From Mustelus asterias (Eukaryota), in assembly GCF_964213995.1 (NCBI RefSeq), contig NC_135808.1, forward strand, positions 21,824,001-21,888,000: DNA of 64,000 bases, written 5' to 3'. Of this stretch, positions 37,371 to 47,039 are shown piece after piece. A program made the translations under genes and the position numbers. Position 1 is the stretch's first letter, and every line of letters begins with the position of its first letter. The notes beneath the pieces were generated by a model. That model was not told the origin of the DNA, searched no databases, and saw only the letters and a program-made list of their open reading frames with translations.

Positions 37371-37475
37371 TCTCTGTATCTACCCGAACAGGCAACGAGG
37401 GGATTTTCACAGTAATTTAATTGCAATGTTAATGTAAGCCTACTTGTGACACCAATAAATGAACTTATAACTTAG
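37371..37475 (+). mobile_element. 3' tail fragment of a tRNA-derived SINE (same family as 41931-42240)
   Basis: TACCCGAACAGG...GGATTTTCACAGTAA...GTTAATGTAAGCCTACTTGTGACACCAATAAA matches the tails of the SINE copies at 42130-42240 and 43925-44040. Confidence 0.85.
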
Positions 37476-37627
37476 AAATTGCTTTCTCTTTCTCTCTTTT
37501 TCTCTCTCTCTCTTTCTCTCCCTCTCCTTTCTCTCACTCTCTCTCTCCATCTTTATCTCTCCATATCTCATGCACTGATTCTGTCTGATGACAAACTGTA
37601 TTTTAATGCCTCTCCTTCCTTTAACAG

Positions 37628-37674
37628 CTTCTGATAAAGGGGATTCCACAACCATTTCCTCCGCAGGTTCCTGA
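37628..37674 (+). CDS. Putative terminal cytoplasmic-tail exon of an upstream MHC class I gene (xSDKGDSTTISSAGS*)
   Basis: Polypyrimidine tract plus TTAACAG acceptor (AG 37626-27), phase-1 entry, TGA at 37672-74, then G|GTATGA donor. The peptide resembles the Ser-rich 'TSDK.ES..S' C-terminus recalled for shark class I chains, and an MHC-I gene lies downstream on the same strand. Confidence 0.7.
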
Positions 37675-38092
37675 GGTATGAACTGTATTGATCAATATTG
37701 GGAGCTGATCCTTCTAGCTGGGATATTCCCGCTGGATTTAACTGTACAATCTGGTGGGTGGGATGTGAGCTCAGTGTCTGTCTCTCGCTGTATAGTCACT
37801 AAAGAGCAGCTCATCCAATCCAACACTGAGCTTTGAGACTGGCCTTCTGGAGACGGCTGCTCCTGTACAGTCTGAGGGTGGAGACATTGTGGGTGTTGAG
37901 GTGTCGAGACATCCGGAAACATCTCACCCTGGACAGCCTCCGCTAAGCTGCTCAATTTCCTTTGGAAGTCGGAATTCCCAAGTGTTTTCCCTGATGTTGG
38001 TCACTGAGCTGTGTCACTCCCACAGGATTCAACATTTAACGTTTTGTGATGGGTTTGATCTTTTTCTGGATGTTTGGGAAGCGGAGTGAATC

Positions 38093-38222
38093 TTAGGGGT
38101 TTAGTTGGTGTTTGGGGGTTTGATGGGTTTAGCTGGTGTTTGGGGGTTTGATGGGTTTAGCTGGTGTTTGGGGTCTGATGGGTTTTGCTGGTGTTTGGGG
38201 GTCTGATGAATTTAGCTGGTGT
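38093..38222. repeat. Short ~28-bp tandem repeat (GGGTTTAGCTGGTGTTTGGGGGTTTGAT), ~4.5 copies
   Basis: Visible tandem units; a related degenerate unit reappears at ~40430-40495 beyond the LINE. Confidence 0.8.
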
Positions 38223-38324
38223 TGTGTGGATGGAAAGTTGAATGATATAAAATTTATGTTTGACAGCAAGCTCATTCAGCCCATCACATCCTTTCCGGAG
38301 TCTTTATCATGCGATCCTAGAATC

Positions 38325-38653
38325 AGAATTTATGTCACACTATTTGTAACTCCCACAGTTGCGTGGACCTGCAGAGTTTCACTGGCTGTCTTGTCTGGAG
38401 ACAATACACATCTTTTTAGCCTGTCTTGATGCTCTCTCCACTCCCATTGTTTTGTTTCTTAAAGACTGGATTAGTTGTAAGTATTCGCATTCCAACCATT
38501 ATTCATGTAAATTGAGTCTGTGTCTTATAAGTTCTGTTTGTGAACAGAATTCCCACTCACCTGAAGAAGGGGCTCAGAGCCTCGAAAGCTTGTGTGGCTT
38601 TTGCTACCAAATAAACCTGTTGGACTTTAACCTGGTGTTGTTAAACTTCTTAC
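38325..38653 (+). mobile_element. Penelope-like element 3' end / pseudo-LTR
   Basis: Starts with an ORF-terminal FMSHYL* (TTTATGTCACACTATTTGTAA), carries a hammerhead core and ends AATAAACCTGTTGGACTTTAACCTGGTGTTGT, as recalled for elasmobranch Penelope ends. Confidence 0.75.
38556..38596 (+). ncRNA. Minimal type I hammerhead ribozyme motif
   Basis: CAC-CTGAAGA-A-GGGGC(TCAGA)GCCTC-GAAAGCTT-GTG: CUGANGA and GAAA core boxes, a pairing stem II, palindromic AAGCTT and a CAC/GTG stem I. Confidence 0.7.
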
Positions 38654-38654
38654 A

Positions 38655-39900
38655 ATGAAGAGCTCTCCAGCCTAATCTCACCTTCCTGTACTCAGTCTGC
38701 AGCTCTGTCGATCACAGCTCTTCAACTTGACATCCAATAATTGATTCAATGTGATGAGAGTGTCTGCGTCCAGCATCCTTTCACAGTGGATCCCGGGTCC
38801 CTACCACCCGCTGGGTGAAAAACTCTTTCGTCATTTTCCCCCCTGATCTTTCTACCAATTACTTTAAATCTGTGCCCCTGGTTTTTGACCCTCTGCTAAG
38901 GTAAATGTGTCATCTCCATTTACCATGGCTCCTCATAATTATATCCACCCCAATTAAATCTCCCCTCGGCCTCCTCTATTCTACAGGATCCTATTCCAGC
39001 CTATCCGCTCTTTCCTCACAGTGAACATTCTCCAGTCCTGTCCACATTAAACAATCTCCTCTGCATTCTCTCCAATACAATCACATCTTTTGTGTAATGT
39101 GCTGACCAGACTGTCTGCAATGCTTCAGCTATCGTCTATCTGGTGGTGTTTGCAGTTCGAGCAAAACCATTCTGTTCTGTGCCTTGGCTAATAAAGGAAG
39201 GCATGTTATATACCTTTTTAACTACATTATCAACCTGTCCTGACACCTTTCCCAATCTGTGGACATACACTCCTGGGTCCCTCTGTTCCTCCACATTAGT
39301 CATTATCCTCCCATTTATTGGGGAATCCCTTTGCCTTGTTAATCCTCCCGAAATCCATCACCTCTCACTGCTCCAGATTGAATTCCATTTTCCACTGTTC
39401 TCCCAACTGCCCAGACCATCTCTATCTTCCTGCAGTCTGAAGCTTTCCTCCTCATTGTCACCCATACAGACAATATTTGTACATCTCTAAACTTCATCAT
39501 CATTCTCCCGACATTTAAATCTAAATCATTCACCTGAACCACAAAAAGCGAGGGAGTGAGAGCTGGGCCCCATGGAACCCCCACTGGTAACATCATTCCA
39601 GTCGCAATAAACCCCTTAACCCTTTGCTTCCTGCCACTGAGCTAATTTGGGCTCTGATTTGTCATTGTCTCTTGGATCTCAATGTGTTTTTATATTTCTG
39701 ACCAGCCTGCCATGTGGAACCTTGTCTAAAACATTAAAATCTATGTTGACCACATCCACCTCACTGTCCTCATCAACCGATCCTTCTCACCTCTTCCAAA
39801 TTTTCAATCAGTTCAGCCTGAGATGATCGCCCCTTAAATCCACGCTAATCTGTGCCTTTCTAAATGAAGGTTTATACAGTTCCTCACAATTGATTTCGGT
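38655..39900 (-). mobile_element. Decayed CR1-type LINE, 3' part of ORF2
   Basis: Minus-strand remnants of RT motifs: VGVPWGPALTP (from GVPQGSVLGP), VNDLDLNV, and LDKVPH near 39710-39730; many stops and frameshifts. Confidence 0.75.
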
Positions 39901-40559
39901 ATGTCCACCCAAGTTACACTAACTGGTGTGTAATTACTCAGATTGCCCCTTCTTCCCTTTTCAATCCATGGTGTGATATTGACAGTCCTTTAATCTTCTT
40001 CCACACTCATGTAGCCCGGGAGGAATGATTCTGATGGTCAGAGCCTCTGCAATTTCCTCCCTTGTTTCTTTGAACCCGGTGATTCACCGTCTTTCAAAGT
40101 TGTAAAATCCATTAATATGTAATCTCTTACGCAGTCATTCACACACTTCTTCCTTCATTGCAATGTCAGCATTGCTCCCTGTTTCCCAAAGACAGGGGCA
40201 ATGTATTTATTCACAACCTCACCACATTCCCCACCCTCTCACATGCACTTCTTATTGGTCTCCACAAGGCCTTACTCTTTCCTTATCCTTTTCTCTACAT
40301 GTGCATCCTTGGAGGTTCTTTGTTTTTCCTTGGCAGCATTTTTTATGCCTTTCTTTACTTTCCTGGTTTCCCTTCCAATTTCACCCCTACTCTCTCTGTA
40401 CTCTTCCAGGTTTCTGCAGTGTTAGGCATGAGGGGTCTGATGGATTTGGCTGCTGGTATTTGTGGGGGTCAGGTGGATCTGATGGGTTTTGTTGAGGGGT
40501 GTTCCAGCTCTGCTGGGTTTGCCTCCCTCGATAGTGATGTATTTCTTTCTCATCCCCAG

Positions 40560-40900
40560 TGTTCTCCAGTGCCCCAGGGACACCAGTTCCCAAGATCAGC
40601 AGCAGGAGTGGATGAGAGAATCAGGAAGGATGTGGTTTCATCGAGATGACAGCGACTGACTCATTTAAACACGACATATGTGACGCTGTGTAAATGGAAC
40701 TGTGATGATGGTTTGTCAGGAATTACTCTATCTGGAGCTGCACTTCTTAAGCTATTCTGATCTGCACTTGAAAGGCTATTATGATCTGCCCTGTTTCTAC
40801 AGACTCTCGGAATCTGTCTGGTTCACTGCCAACTCAGTCACCTGTTACTGCAGTCTGTAACATTGCTGCAATTTCTACAATAAATGTGATTTAGTTTTTC
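40560..40900 (+). other. Putative non-coding 3'UTR exon of the upstream MHC-I gene with polyA signal
   Basis: ATTTCTTTCTCATCCCCAG acceptor (AG 40558-59), non-repetitive sequence, AATAAA at 40879-40884 followed by T-rich sequence; would partner the donor at 37676. Confidence 0.45.
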
Positions 40901-41417
40901 ATTTCCTGCCTCTGAAAAGTCTTCAGTACAAAACTATCAATGGGGTAGGGTAACACCACTGCAATGGGGAACATTTTAAGACTTTTAAGAACAATTTACC
41001 AAAAATGCACATCAAGAGGAATTAATCGCAATAAATTAGCAGCAAACACATATTTTAAAAGGGAAGATGGTGCTTGTCAAAGCTCCGAGTATTCGTTGAG
41101 ATGGTAACAGACATGGTGATGGGAAAATGTGATAGATATACTTATATGGACTTTAGAAAAAAGTTACGACATGGGGGTTTATTAGTTAAGATTAAACGAA
41201 TACTTTGCACATCTCTTGAGCTGGATCACAATGTTCTTTCCCCATTCCAGCCTCTCATTCCAGATTAAGACTTGGAAGATGCAGGAAGGTGACAACAAGT
41301 AACTTTCATGATCCTGTCCAGTTCCACCGCCCCAATCAGTAATTCCTGATTTTGAGAACCCACCACACATCCAGGTGCGTGACACATGTCCAGTACGCCC
41401 ATGTGGAGTTTGGGCTG

Positions 41418-41710
41418 TCGGCGGTGTAGAGGTATTGTCAGTGGACTAGGAATCCTGAGACACAGGAGAAAGCTCTGGGAACCTGGATTTGAATCCCACC
41501 AAGGCAGAGGGTGGAATTTGAACTCAATTAAAGAATAAAATCTGGAATTAAAAGTCGAATGATGACTATGAAGCCATTGTTGATTGCTGTAAAAACCTAT
41601 CTTGTTTAATGTTCTTTAGGGAAGGAAATCTGCGGTCTCTATCTGGTCTGGCCTACAGAGCCACAGCAATGTGGTTGACCATTAAATGTCTTCTGAAATT
41701 ACCCAGCAGG
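41418..41710 (+). mobile_element. tRNA-derived SINE, SacSINE1-like, decayed
   Basis: Box-B-like GGATTTGAATCCC and body TTTAGGGAAGGAAATCTG...CTGGTCTGGCCTAC...GCCACAGCAATGTGGTTGAC, recalled from shark SINEs. Confidence 0.7.
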
Positions 41711-41930
41711 ATCGAGGTGGAGGCCGTGCAATGTTCATGTTCCCAATTCTTCTGCATAACTGTAGCCTTGCCCAGACAGCCCACTGTATATTTTATTTCT
41801 TAATATTCAGTGAAAGGAGCTAAGATGTATTTTAATTCTCCTTTAATGTTTTAAAATATTAATTCATATGTATTGAATTGATGAATTCCAATTTTGTCTG
41901 CCCTTTCATGTTTCTCGAAATTAGTGCTAT

Positions 41931-42240
41931 GGGACGGCAAGGTGGCACAGTGAATGGCACTGCTGCCTCACAGCACCAGGGACCCGGCTTCTTTTTCCGC
42001 CTTGGATCATTGTACAGAATCTGTATGTTCTCCCTGTGAGTGCATGGGTTTCCTCCGGCAATCCGGTTTTCTTCCCATAGTCTGAAAGACAAGCTGGTAA
42101 AGTGTATTGGTCATGCTAAATTCTCCCTCAGTGTACCCCAACAGGCGCCAGAGTGTGGCGACCAGGGGGTTTTCATAGTAACTTCATTGCAGTGTAAATG
42201 TAAGCCTATTTGTGACACTAATAAACAAACTTAAACTTAA
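41931..42240 (+). mobile_element. Full-length tRNA-derived SINE with HE1-like head and a non-CR1 tail
   Basis: GGTGGCACAGTG...CACTGCTGCCTCACAGC head, GGGTTTCCTCCGG...CCGGTTTT core, tail ending in (TAAACT)n. Confidence 0.88.
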
Positions 42241-43340
42241 TTGGTTAGTGTGTTGACGTCAAGATCTCCCATTCCCAAGCACTCTCGGGAAATAATAAAC
42301 ATCTTTGAAATATCAGAGCCTTTGTACCAAATCGGTGTCTGCAAATGTTTCCAAATTCTTGTGCTGCTGGAAATATTGTTACACTTTTCAGTACTGAACA
42401 CAATTGTCACCTGCGCGTGTATGTGTTTATAAAACCAACACAAAAGGTTCATCCTGCTCGGAGCTGAATGGGTTAATTCTAAATTAAAACACGTTTGGTG
42501 AAGGAATTCACTGTCATCGCGATTTCAAAAAGTGACTGGGTGACAATGTTCTCAGAGTAATGGCGGTTTCAGCAGAACAAAGATATTTCTTCAAGTTTTG
42601 TGGATTCACCATTTCAAACTGGATACTTCTGAATAAAAACCTTGGAGCACAATGGATTAGAAGATAAAGTCCCAAATGTTCTCCAGGGTTGTTTTTATGT
42701 AGATTTTAAACACAAGAATAATCCATCAACAATCACCTTAAATTCCGCTCCTCAATTCAAAATTACACCGTCGAAATTTAAGAAACGACTCTACTCTGAC
42801 AGATGTGAATTTGTATCTGGATTAGAAATCGACATGTTTCACCAGCTTCAACAGAGTTTCATTGTAGCCGGTAACAACCTACCAGTTTCAAAACTTTTAA
42901 CTGTTCTCCCCCTTTAGACCTGACCATTTTCAGGAAAACAGATCAGAGTTGGAGCCGGTCTGAAGGAACAGCAACACAGAGCATTCACACAGCCTTTCCT
43001 CATTCACTAACAGGACGTTTACACACTCACATCTGTACACACAATTCTTTCTCACAGCACTTCAAGTTTCACTCTGGATCTTTTCAAAATTAAAAACGTG
43101 TCTTTTAAAAGGGGATAACATAAATTCCATCACATCTTTTTTCATTAATGTCTGTTGTTGAAATTAAGGGAAAATCGCGTTTCACAAATAACAGGAAAGG
43201 AAGCATTGAAGATTGTTACATTGAAACAACAGAGGGCGGAGTTTCCAACAGAGTGTGTTTCAATTCCAAAACTTCTACACATTTTTTCAACCTAAAAAGT
43301 AAAACTTGTTTTATTTTCTCAATTCTGGGGACACAATCTG

Positions 43341-43385
43341 AATTTCCTTTCACTCACTCTAATTTCTATTTCACTGGAATTTTCC
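43341..43385 (+). promoter_or_regulatory. Two ISRE/IRF-like motifs abutting an NF-kB-like site
   Basis: AATTTCCTTTCACT (43341-54), AATTTCTATTTCACT (43361-75; TTTCNNTTTC) and GGAATTTTCC (43376-85), ~2.1 kb upstream of the MHC-I leader. Confidence 0.45.
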
Positions 43386-43681
43386 TGTTTAATTTCTTCC
43401 ACCCGGAAGCCGAGGATCCGCTTCAGTCACTGTTTCGATTTGAAACTTATTTTAACTTTCTCTCTTTCCGACAACAGTCAATCCCGCAGCTCATTTTCCA
43501 TCATCTCAACGGCATTGCCCCAGGTCTGTCTCCCCGCGGTTACAATCCGGACAACAGCATCAAACTGCCTCACTTCACCCAGAATTTTCTAACTTCAACA
43601 CGGACTTCACAGAACATCAACAACCGCGCCCGCGCCTTCCCCCCGTCTCTCTTTATTGGTTGTCTCAACACAACTCAATCC

Positions 43682-43752
43682 GACAGTGCAGAAGGAGGCC
43701 ATTCGGCCCATCGTCTGCACCACTTGCACCAACCCTCCGAAAGAGCATCTTG
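43682..43752 (-). mobile_element. CR1/HE1-type 3' tail fragment
   Basis: ACAGTGCAGAAGGAGGCCATTCGGCCCATCG is the reverse complement of the conserved GATGGGCCGAATGGCCTCCTTCTGCACTGT tail. Confidence 0.8.
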
Positions 43753-43774
43753 CATAAGTGGTGAGTTACTGGGG

Positions 43775-44041
43775 TTGGTGGCACAACGCCAGGGACCCTG
43801 CTTCGATTCCTTGTTTTGGTCACTGTTTGCACGGAGTCTGCATGTTCTCCCCGTATCTGCATGAGATTCTTCCGGGAGCTCCGGACGTGCTGGTTGGATG
43901 CACTGGTCATGCTATATTTCTCCCTCAGTGTACTCGAACAGACACTGGAGTGTGGCAACTGGAGGACTTTCACAGTAACGTCATTACAGTGTTAATATAA
44001 ACCTATGTGTGATAGTAAAACATAAACTTAAAATTTAAACT
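43775..44041 (+). mobile_element. SINE, same family as 41931-42240, 5'-degraded
   Basis: CGCCAGGGACCC...TTCGATTCC box B, GGAGTCTGCATGTTCTCCCC, and the same tail with a (TAAACT)n end. Confidence 0.85.
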
Positions 44042-44049
44042 ATCCACAA

Positions 44050-44560
44050 AATTCCCAGCCTCTAACCCACTGTTGTAGCTACAGTGTTTATATGGCTGGT
44101 TCAGTTCAATTTCTGGTCAATGGTAATCCCCAGGATGTTCATAATCAGTCCTCAATGGTTTTCCACATATACTTCAAATAGGACCCCTGGTTCTGGACTC
44201 CCCTGCCATCGGGAACATCCTTCCGCATCTAGCCTGTCTCTTCCTTTAGAATTTTATAGGTTTTGATGAGATCCTCCTCATTTTTCTAAACTCCAGCGAA
44301 CACAATCCTATCTGAGTCAATCTCTCCTCATTTCCACCGAGGTTTGGAGCTGCTGTAAATTTAGATACATTACACTTGGCCTCTTGGTCTGAGTCACGAA
44401 TAAAGATTGTAAATGGCTGATTGTCCCAGCACTGATCCTCGTGACAATCCACTAGTCACAGCTGGCCAACTTGGAAATGGCCCATTTATGCCAAATCAAT
44501 GTTTATTGTCCATTAACCAATCCTCTGTTCATGCAACAATATTAACCCCAACTCCTGAGC
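44050..44560 (-). mobile_element. Patchwork of LINE fragments (CR1-type, plus a piece of the 49360-51865 family)
   Basis: 44050-44140 matches 49940-50020; the minus ORF has FTIFIRD...CNVSKF and GLCSLEFRKMR CR1 motifs. Confidence 0.7.
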
Positions 44561-44958
44561 ACTGACAAAGGACAAACAGATCAATTCACTCTGCAGAGAT
44601 GTGCTTTAGAGGATCGGCTCTTCACAATAAAGTATAAAGTTTGATAGCATGGAAAAACTTATTCCCTCGGGTTTAGAATGTTGAGGGATGATCTGATCGA
44701 TATGTTTATAATGTTAAAATGATTCAGCAGTGTGAAATCCACATCCAGTCTCTGCACAAAAAAATGTGAACAATTGGAGCTTTCAAATGTATGAGTGATA
44801 GATTTTTATTGGGGAATAATTTTATTGGGTAATAATATTATAGTCAGAAGCTGGGGTTGAGATCAGCAGTGATCCAATTGAATGGTTAGCTCAGATCTGC
44901 TGCTCTTCTTCATGTCCTTCCCTTTGTCATTGTATTAAACTCCTTTTGGTTTATTCTA

Positions 44959-44976
44959 CCCGGCAACTGATGATGT
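44959..44976 (+). promoter_or_regulatory. Putative X box (X1/X2) of an MHC SXY module
   Basis: CCCGGCAACTGATGATGT closely resembles the MHC X-box consensus CCYAGMRACNGATGA; an S-box-like AAACTCCTT lies ~15 bp upstream. Confidence 0.55.
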
Positions 44977-45293
44977 TAGAATCATAGAATGAGCCCATTC
45001 AAGTCAGCACCAAATCTCAGACAGAGCATCTTTACCCAGGCTCCATCTCTGTAACCCTACATATTTACCATGGCTAATCACCTATCACACACATCTTTAG
45101 ACAGTAAGGGGCAATTTAGCTTGGCCTGTCCACATAACCTGCACATCTTTGGAGTGCAGGAGGAAGCAGGAGTACCCGGAGGATACCCACACAGGGAGAA
45201 TGTACAAACTCCACACAGACAGTCACCCAAGGCTGAAATTGAACCTGGGTCCCTGGCGCTGTGAGGCAGCAGTGCTAACCACTGAGCAAACAT
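44977..45293 (-). mobile_element. HE1-type SINE
   Basis: Minus strand reads GTGGTTAGCACTGCTGCCTCACAGCGCCAGGGACCCAGGTTCAATTTC..., core GGAGTTTGTACATTCTCCC, and ends in an ATTCTATGATTCTA tail. Confidence 0.9.
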
Positions 45294-45314
45294 AATATAA
45301 CCAGTTGTATTTAC

Positions 45315-45322
45315 CTGATTGG
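45315..45322 (+). promoter_or_regulatory. Putative Y box (inverted CCAAT)
   Basis: Exact CTGATTGG ~160 bp upstream of the leader ATG. Confidence 0.55.
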
Positions 45323-45482
45323 AGAATTCTGAATATTGAGGACGTTTGCCAACCTGTTTTGTGTCTAATCAGATTGCGGCTTCGTGTGAACAGAAAAAGA
45401 CAGAAGGAACAAGTTGAGAAGATCCCCTTTCTTTAGAAAAGAGTTTCCTCCAAAGGTTTCTCCCAACATGAGGGAAGCAGCA

Positions 45483-45531
45483 ATGATTGGACTGATAGAG
45501 CTGGTCCTTCTGTGTGGAGAGGTGTCCGCAG
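45483..45531 (+). CDS. MHC class I exon 1, leader MIGLIELVLLCGEVSA(G); in-frame upstream ATG at 45468
   Basis: LLCGxVSA signal-peptide end typical of shark class I; phase-1 G|GTGAGT donor joins in frame to GT-TCT-CAC (GSH) of exon 2. Confidence 0.85.
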
Positions 45532-45941
45532 GTGAGTGATGGGGTGTGAGAGGGGCAATGCCAGGCTGGGTACTGGGGCATTAGCCCTGGGTCAGTGAGT
45601 GATGGGGTGTGAGAGGGGCAATGCCAGACTGGGTACTGGGGCATTAACCCTGGGTCAGTGAGTGATGGGGTGTGAGAGGGGCAATGCCAGGCTGGGTACT
45701 GGGGCATTAACCCTGGGTCAGTGAGTGATGGGGTGAGAGAGGGGCAATGCCAGGCTGGGTACTGGGGCATTAACCCTGGGTCAGTGAGTGATGGGGTGTG
45801 AGAGGGGCAATGCCAGACTGGGTACTGGGGCATTAACCCTGGGTCATTGGGTGATGGGTGTGAGAGGGGCAATGCCAGGCTGGGTACTGGGGCATTAATC
45901 CTGGGTCAGTGAGTGATGGGGTGCGAGAGGGGCAATGTCAA
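45532..45941. repeat. 63-bp minisatellite, ~6.5 copies, starting exactly at the intron 1 donor
   Basis: Units start at 45532, 45595, 45658, 45721, 45784, 45847 and 45909. Confidence 0.95.
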
Positions 45942-45974
45942 GCTCGGTGGAGCTCTTGCTCTCAGTTTAGAATT

Positions 45975-46298
45975 CACATTTTGGGATTCATACCCTGATG
46001 TTTCACTATCTGTGACAGTGGGTGTTTTGGGGTCCATGGCTTGATGTCTCTCTCTGTGGTGTTGATATTTTGGGTTTGTACCTAAATTTCTGTGTGTTTG
46101 TGTGTGTATGTATGTTTTGGTGTTTGGGGGTTCACACCCTGATGTCTCTCTCTCTCTCTCTGGGTGTTGGTGTTTTGGGGTTCACACCCTGATGTTTCTC
46201 TCTCTCTCTGGGTGTTGGTGTTTTGTGTTTCTTACCCTGAGGTCTCTCTCTCTCTGGGTGTTGGTAGGGTTCATACCCTGATGTCTCTCTCTCTGTGG
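45975..46298. repeat. Degenerate ~45-55-bp tandem repeat (GGGTGTTGGTGTTTTGGGGTTCAYACCCTGATGTCTCTCTCT)
   Basis: About seven degenerate units; one more unit resumes at 54418-54467 after the LTR element. Confidence 0.85.
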
Positions 46299-47039
46299 GT
46301 TGACGTGCCTTCAAGGAAGATTTTTATATCATGTTTCTTGTGAAGGGAATGTTTTAAACTCAGCACTGAGCACCGTGCTGATTTGTTTGCAACCTGCAGT
46401 CTACCTGATGAGAACGCAGCAGCATAATTAATCCTAGATAATGGGTTGTTTTGTTTATCGTCTGGGTTGTCCCCTGGGGTTTCAGAGTCGGGTTTGATTT
46501 GGTTGATTTACAAGAGGAAGTCATCTGCTAATGGAGGAAGCTATTCTTACAGAGAAACAAAGCAGGCAGTTATCTGCTTCGGTCTGTCATCAGCAAGAAG
46601 TGTTATTCTCTCTCACTCTCTCTCTTTTAGGATTCTAGTTTGGGACCTGTTTGAAAATAGGTCTCTCTCCATATTTGTTCTGGGGCTTAAGGACTAGCAG
46701 TCGCTGACCAGCACATAAGCCTGTTGTTTGCTAACTGATGTTAAAGATGAGTTTACGTCTCTGAGGAATATTGCTTAAATTGGGACTAATACAGATAGAC
46801 AAGCAGCAAAGAATTTTATCTTGTCTTGTTTCAGTATTTAAGTTGGTAAGATATACATCAATTCTTTTTGTTATAGTTTAAACTGTTTTGTTCATTTTTT
46901 TAAAGCTTCCCATTGGGTCAATAGACTCACAGCTGGGGTGATTCACTTCATCCTCACACTCATACCAAAATAAAAATAAAAATGTGGGTCTAGTCTAACT
47001 TCATAATATAACTTGGAGTTTGAGGTCTGGTCCCTAAAA
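46299..47039 (+). repeat. 5' LTR
   Basis: Collinear with 53657-54417 (TATATCATGTTTCTTGTGAAGGGA, CCTGGGGTTTCAGAGT, TGAGGAATATTGCTTAAATTGG) but visibly diverged. Confidence 0.85.

Noticed and set aside
604-37420. Giant ORFs up to 8,551 aa (S/L/R/A/C-rich on +, E/R-rich on -)
   Set aside because: All stop codons need A, and the + strand is nearly A-free. All three frames are open, the ORFs cross the N gap, and they are pure repeat translations.
41931-42010. tRNA genes at SINE heads
   Set aside because: Only degenerate A/B boxes, continuous with SINE bodies; no cloverleaf.
42642-42917. 91-aa ORF and possible minus-strand coding remnant
   Set aside because: No motif I can recognise in the frames checked, and minus frames are interrupted by stops; left unassigned.
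43148-43864. 238-aa ORF
   Set aside because: No recognisable domain; its 3' part runs through a CR1/SINE tail and a SINE.
45369-45872. 167-aa repetitive ORF; also the Pro/Ser/His-rich ORFs at 57903-58649 and 60554-61597
   Set aside because: Antisense translations of minisatellites.
45532-45941. CRISPR-like appearance of regular repeats (also 62128-62425)
   Set aside because: Units are head-to-tail with no unique spacers, there are no cas genes, and the context is vertebrate.
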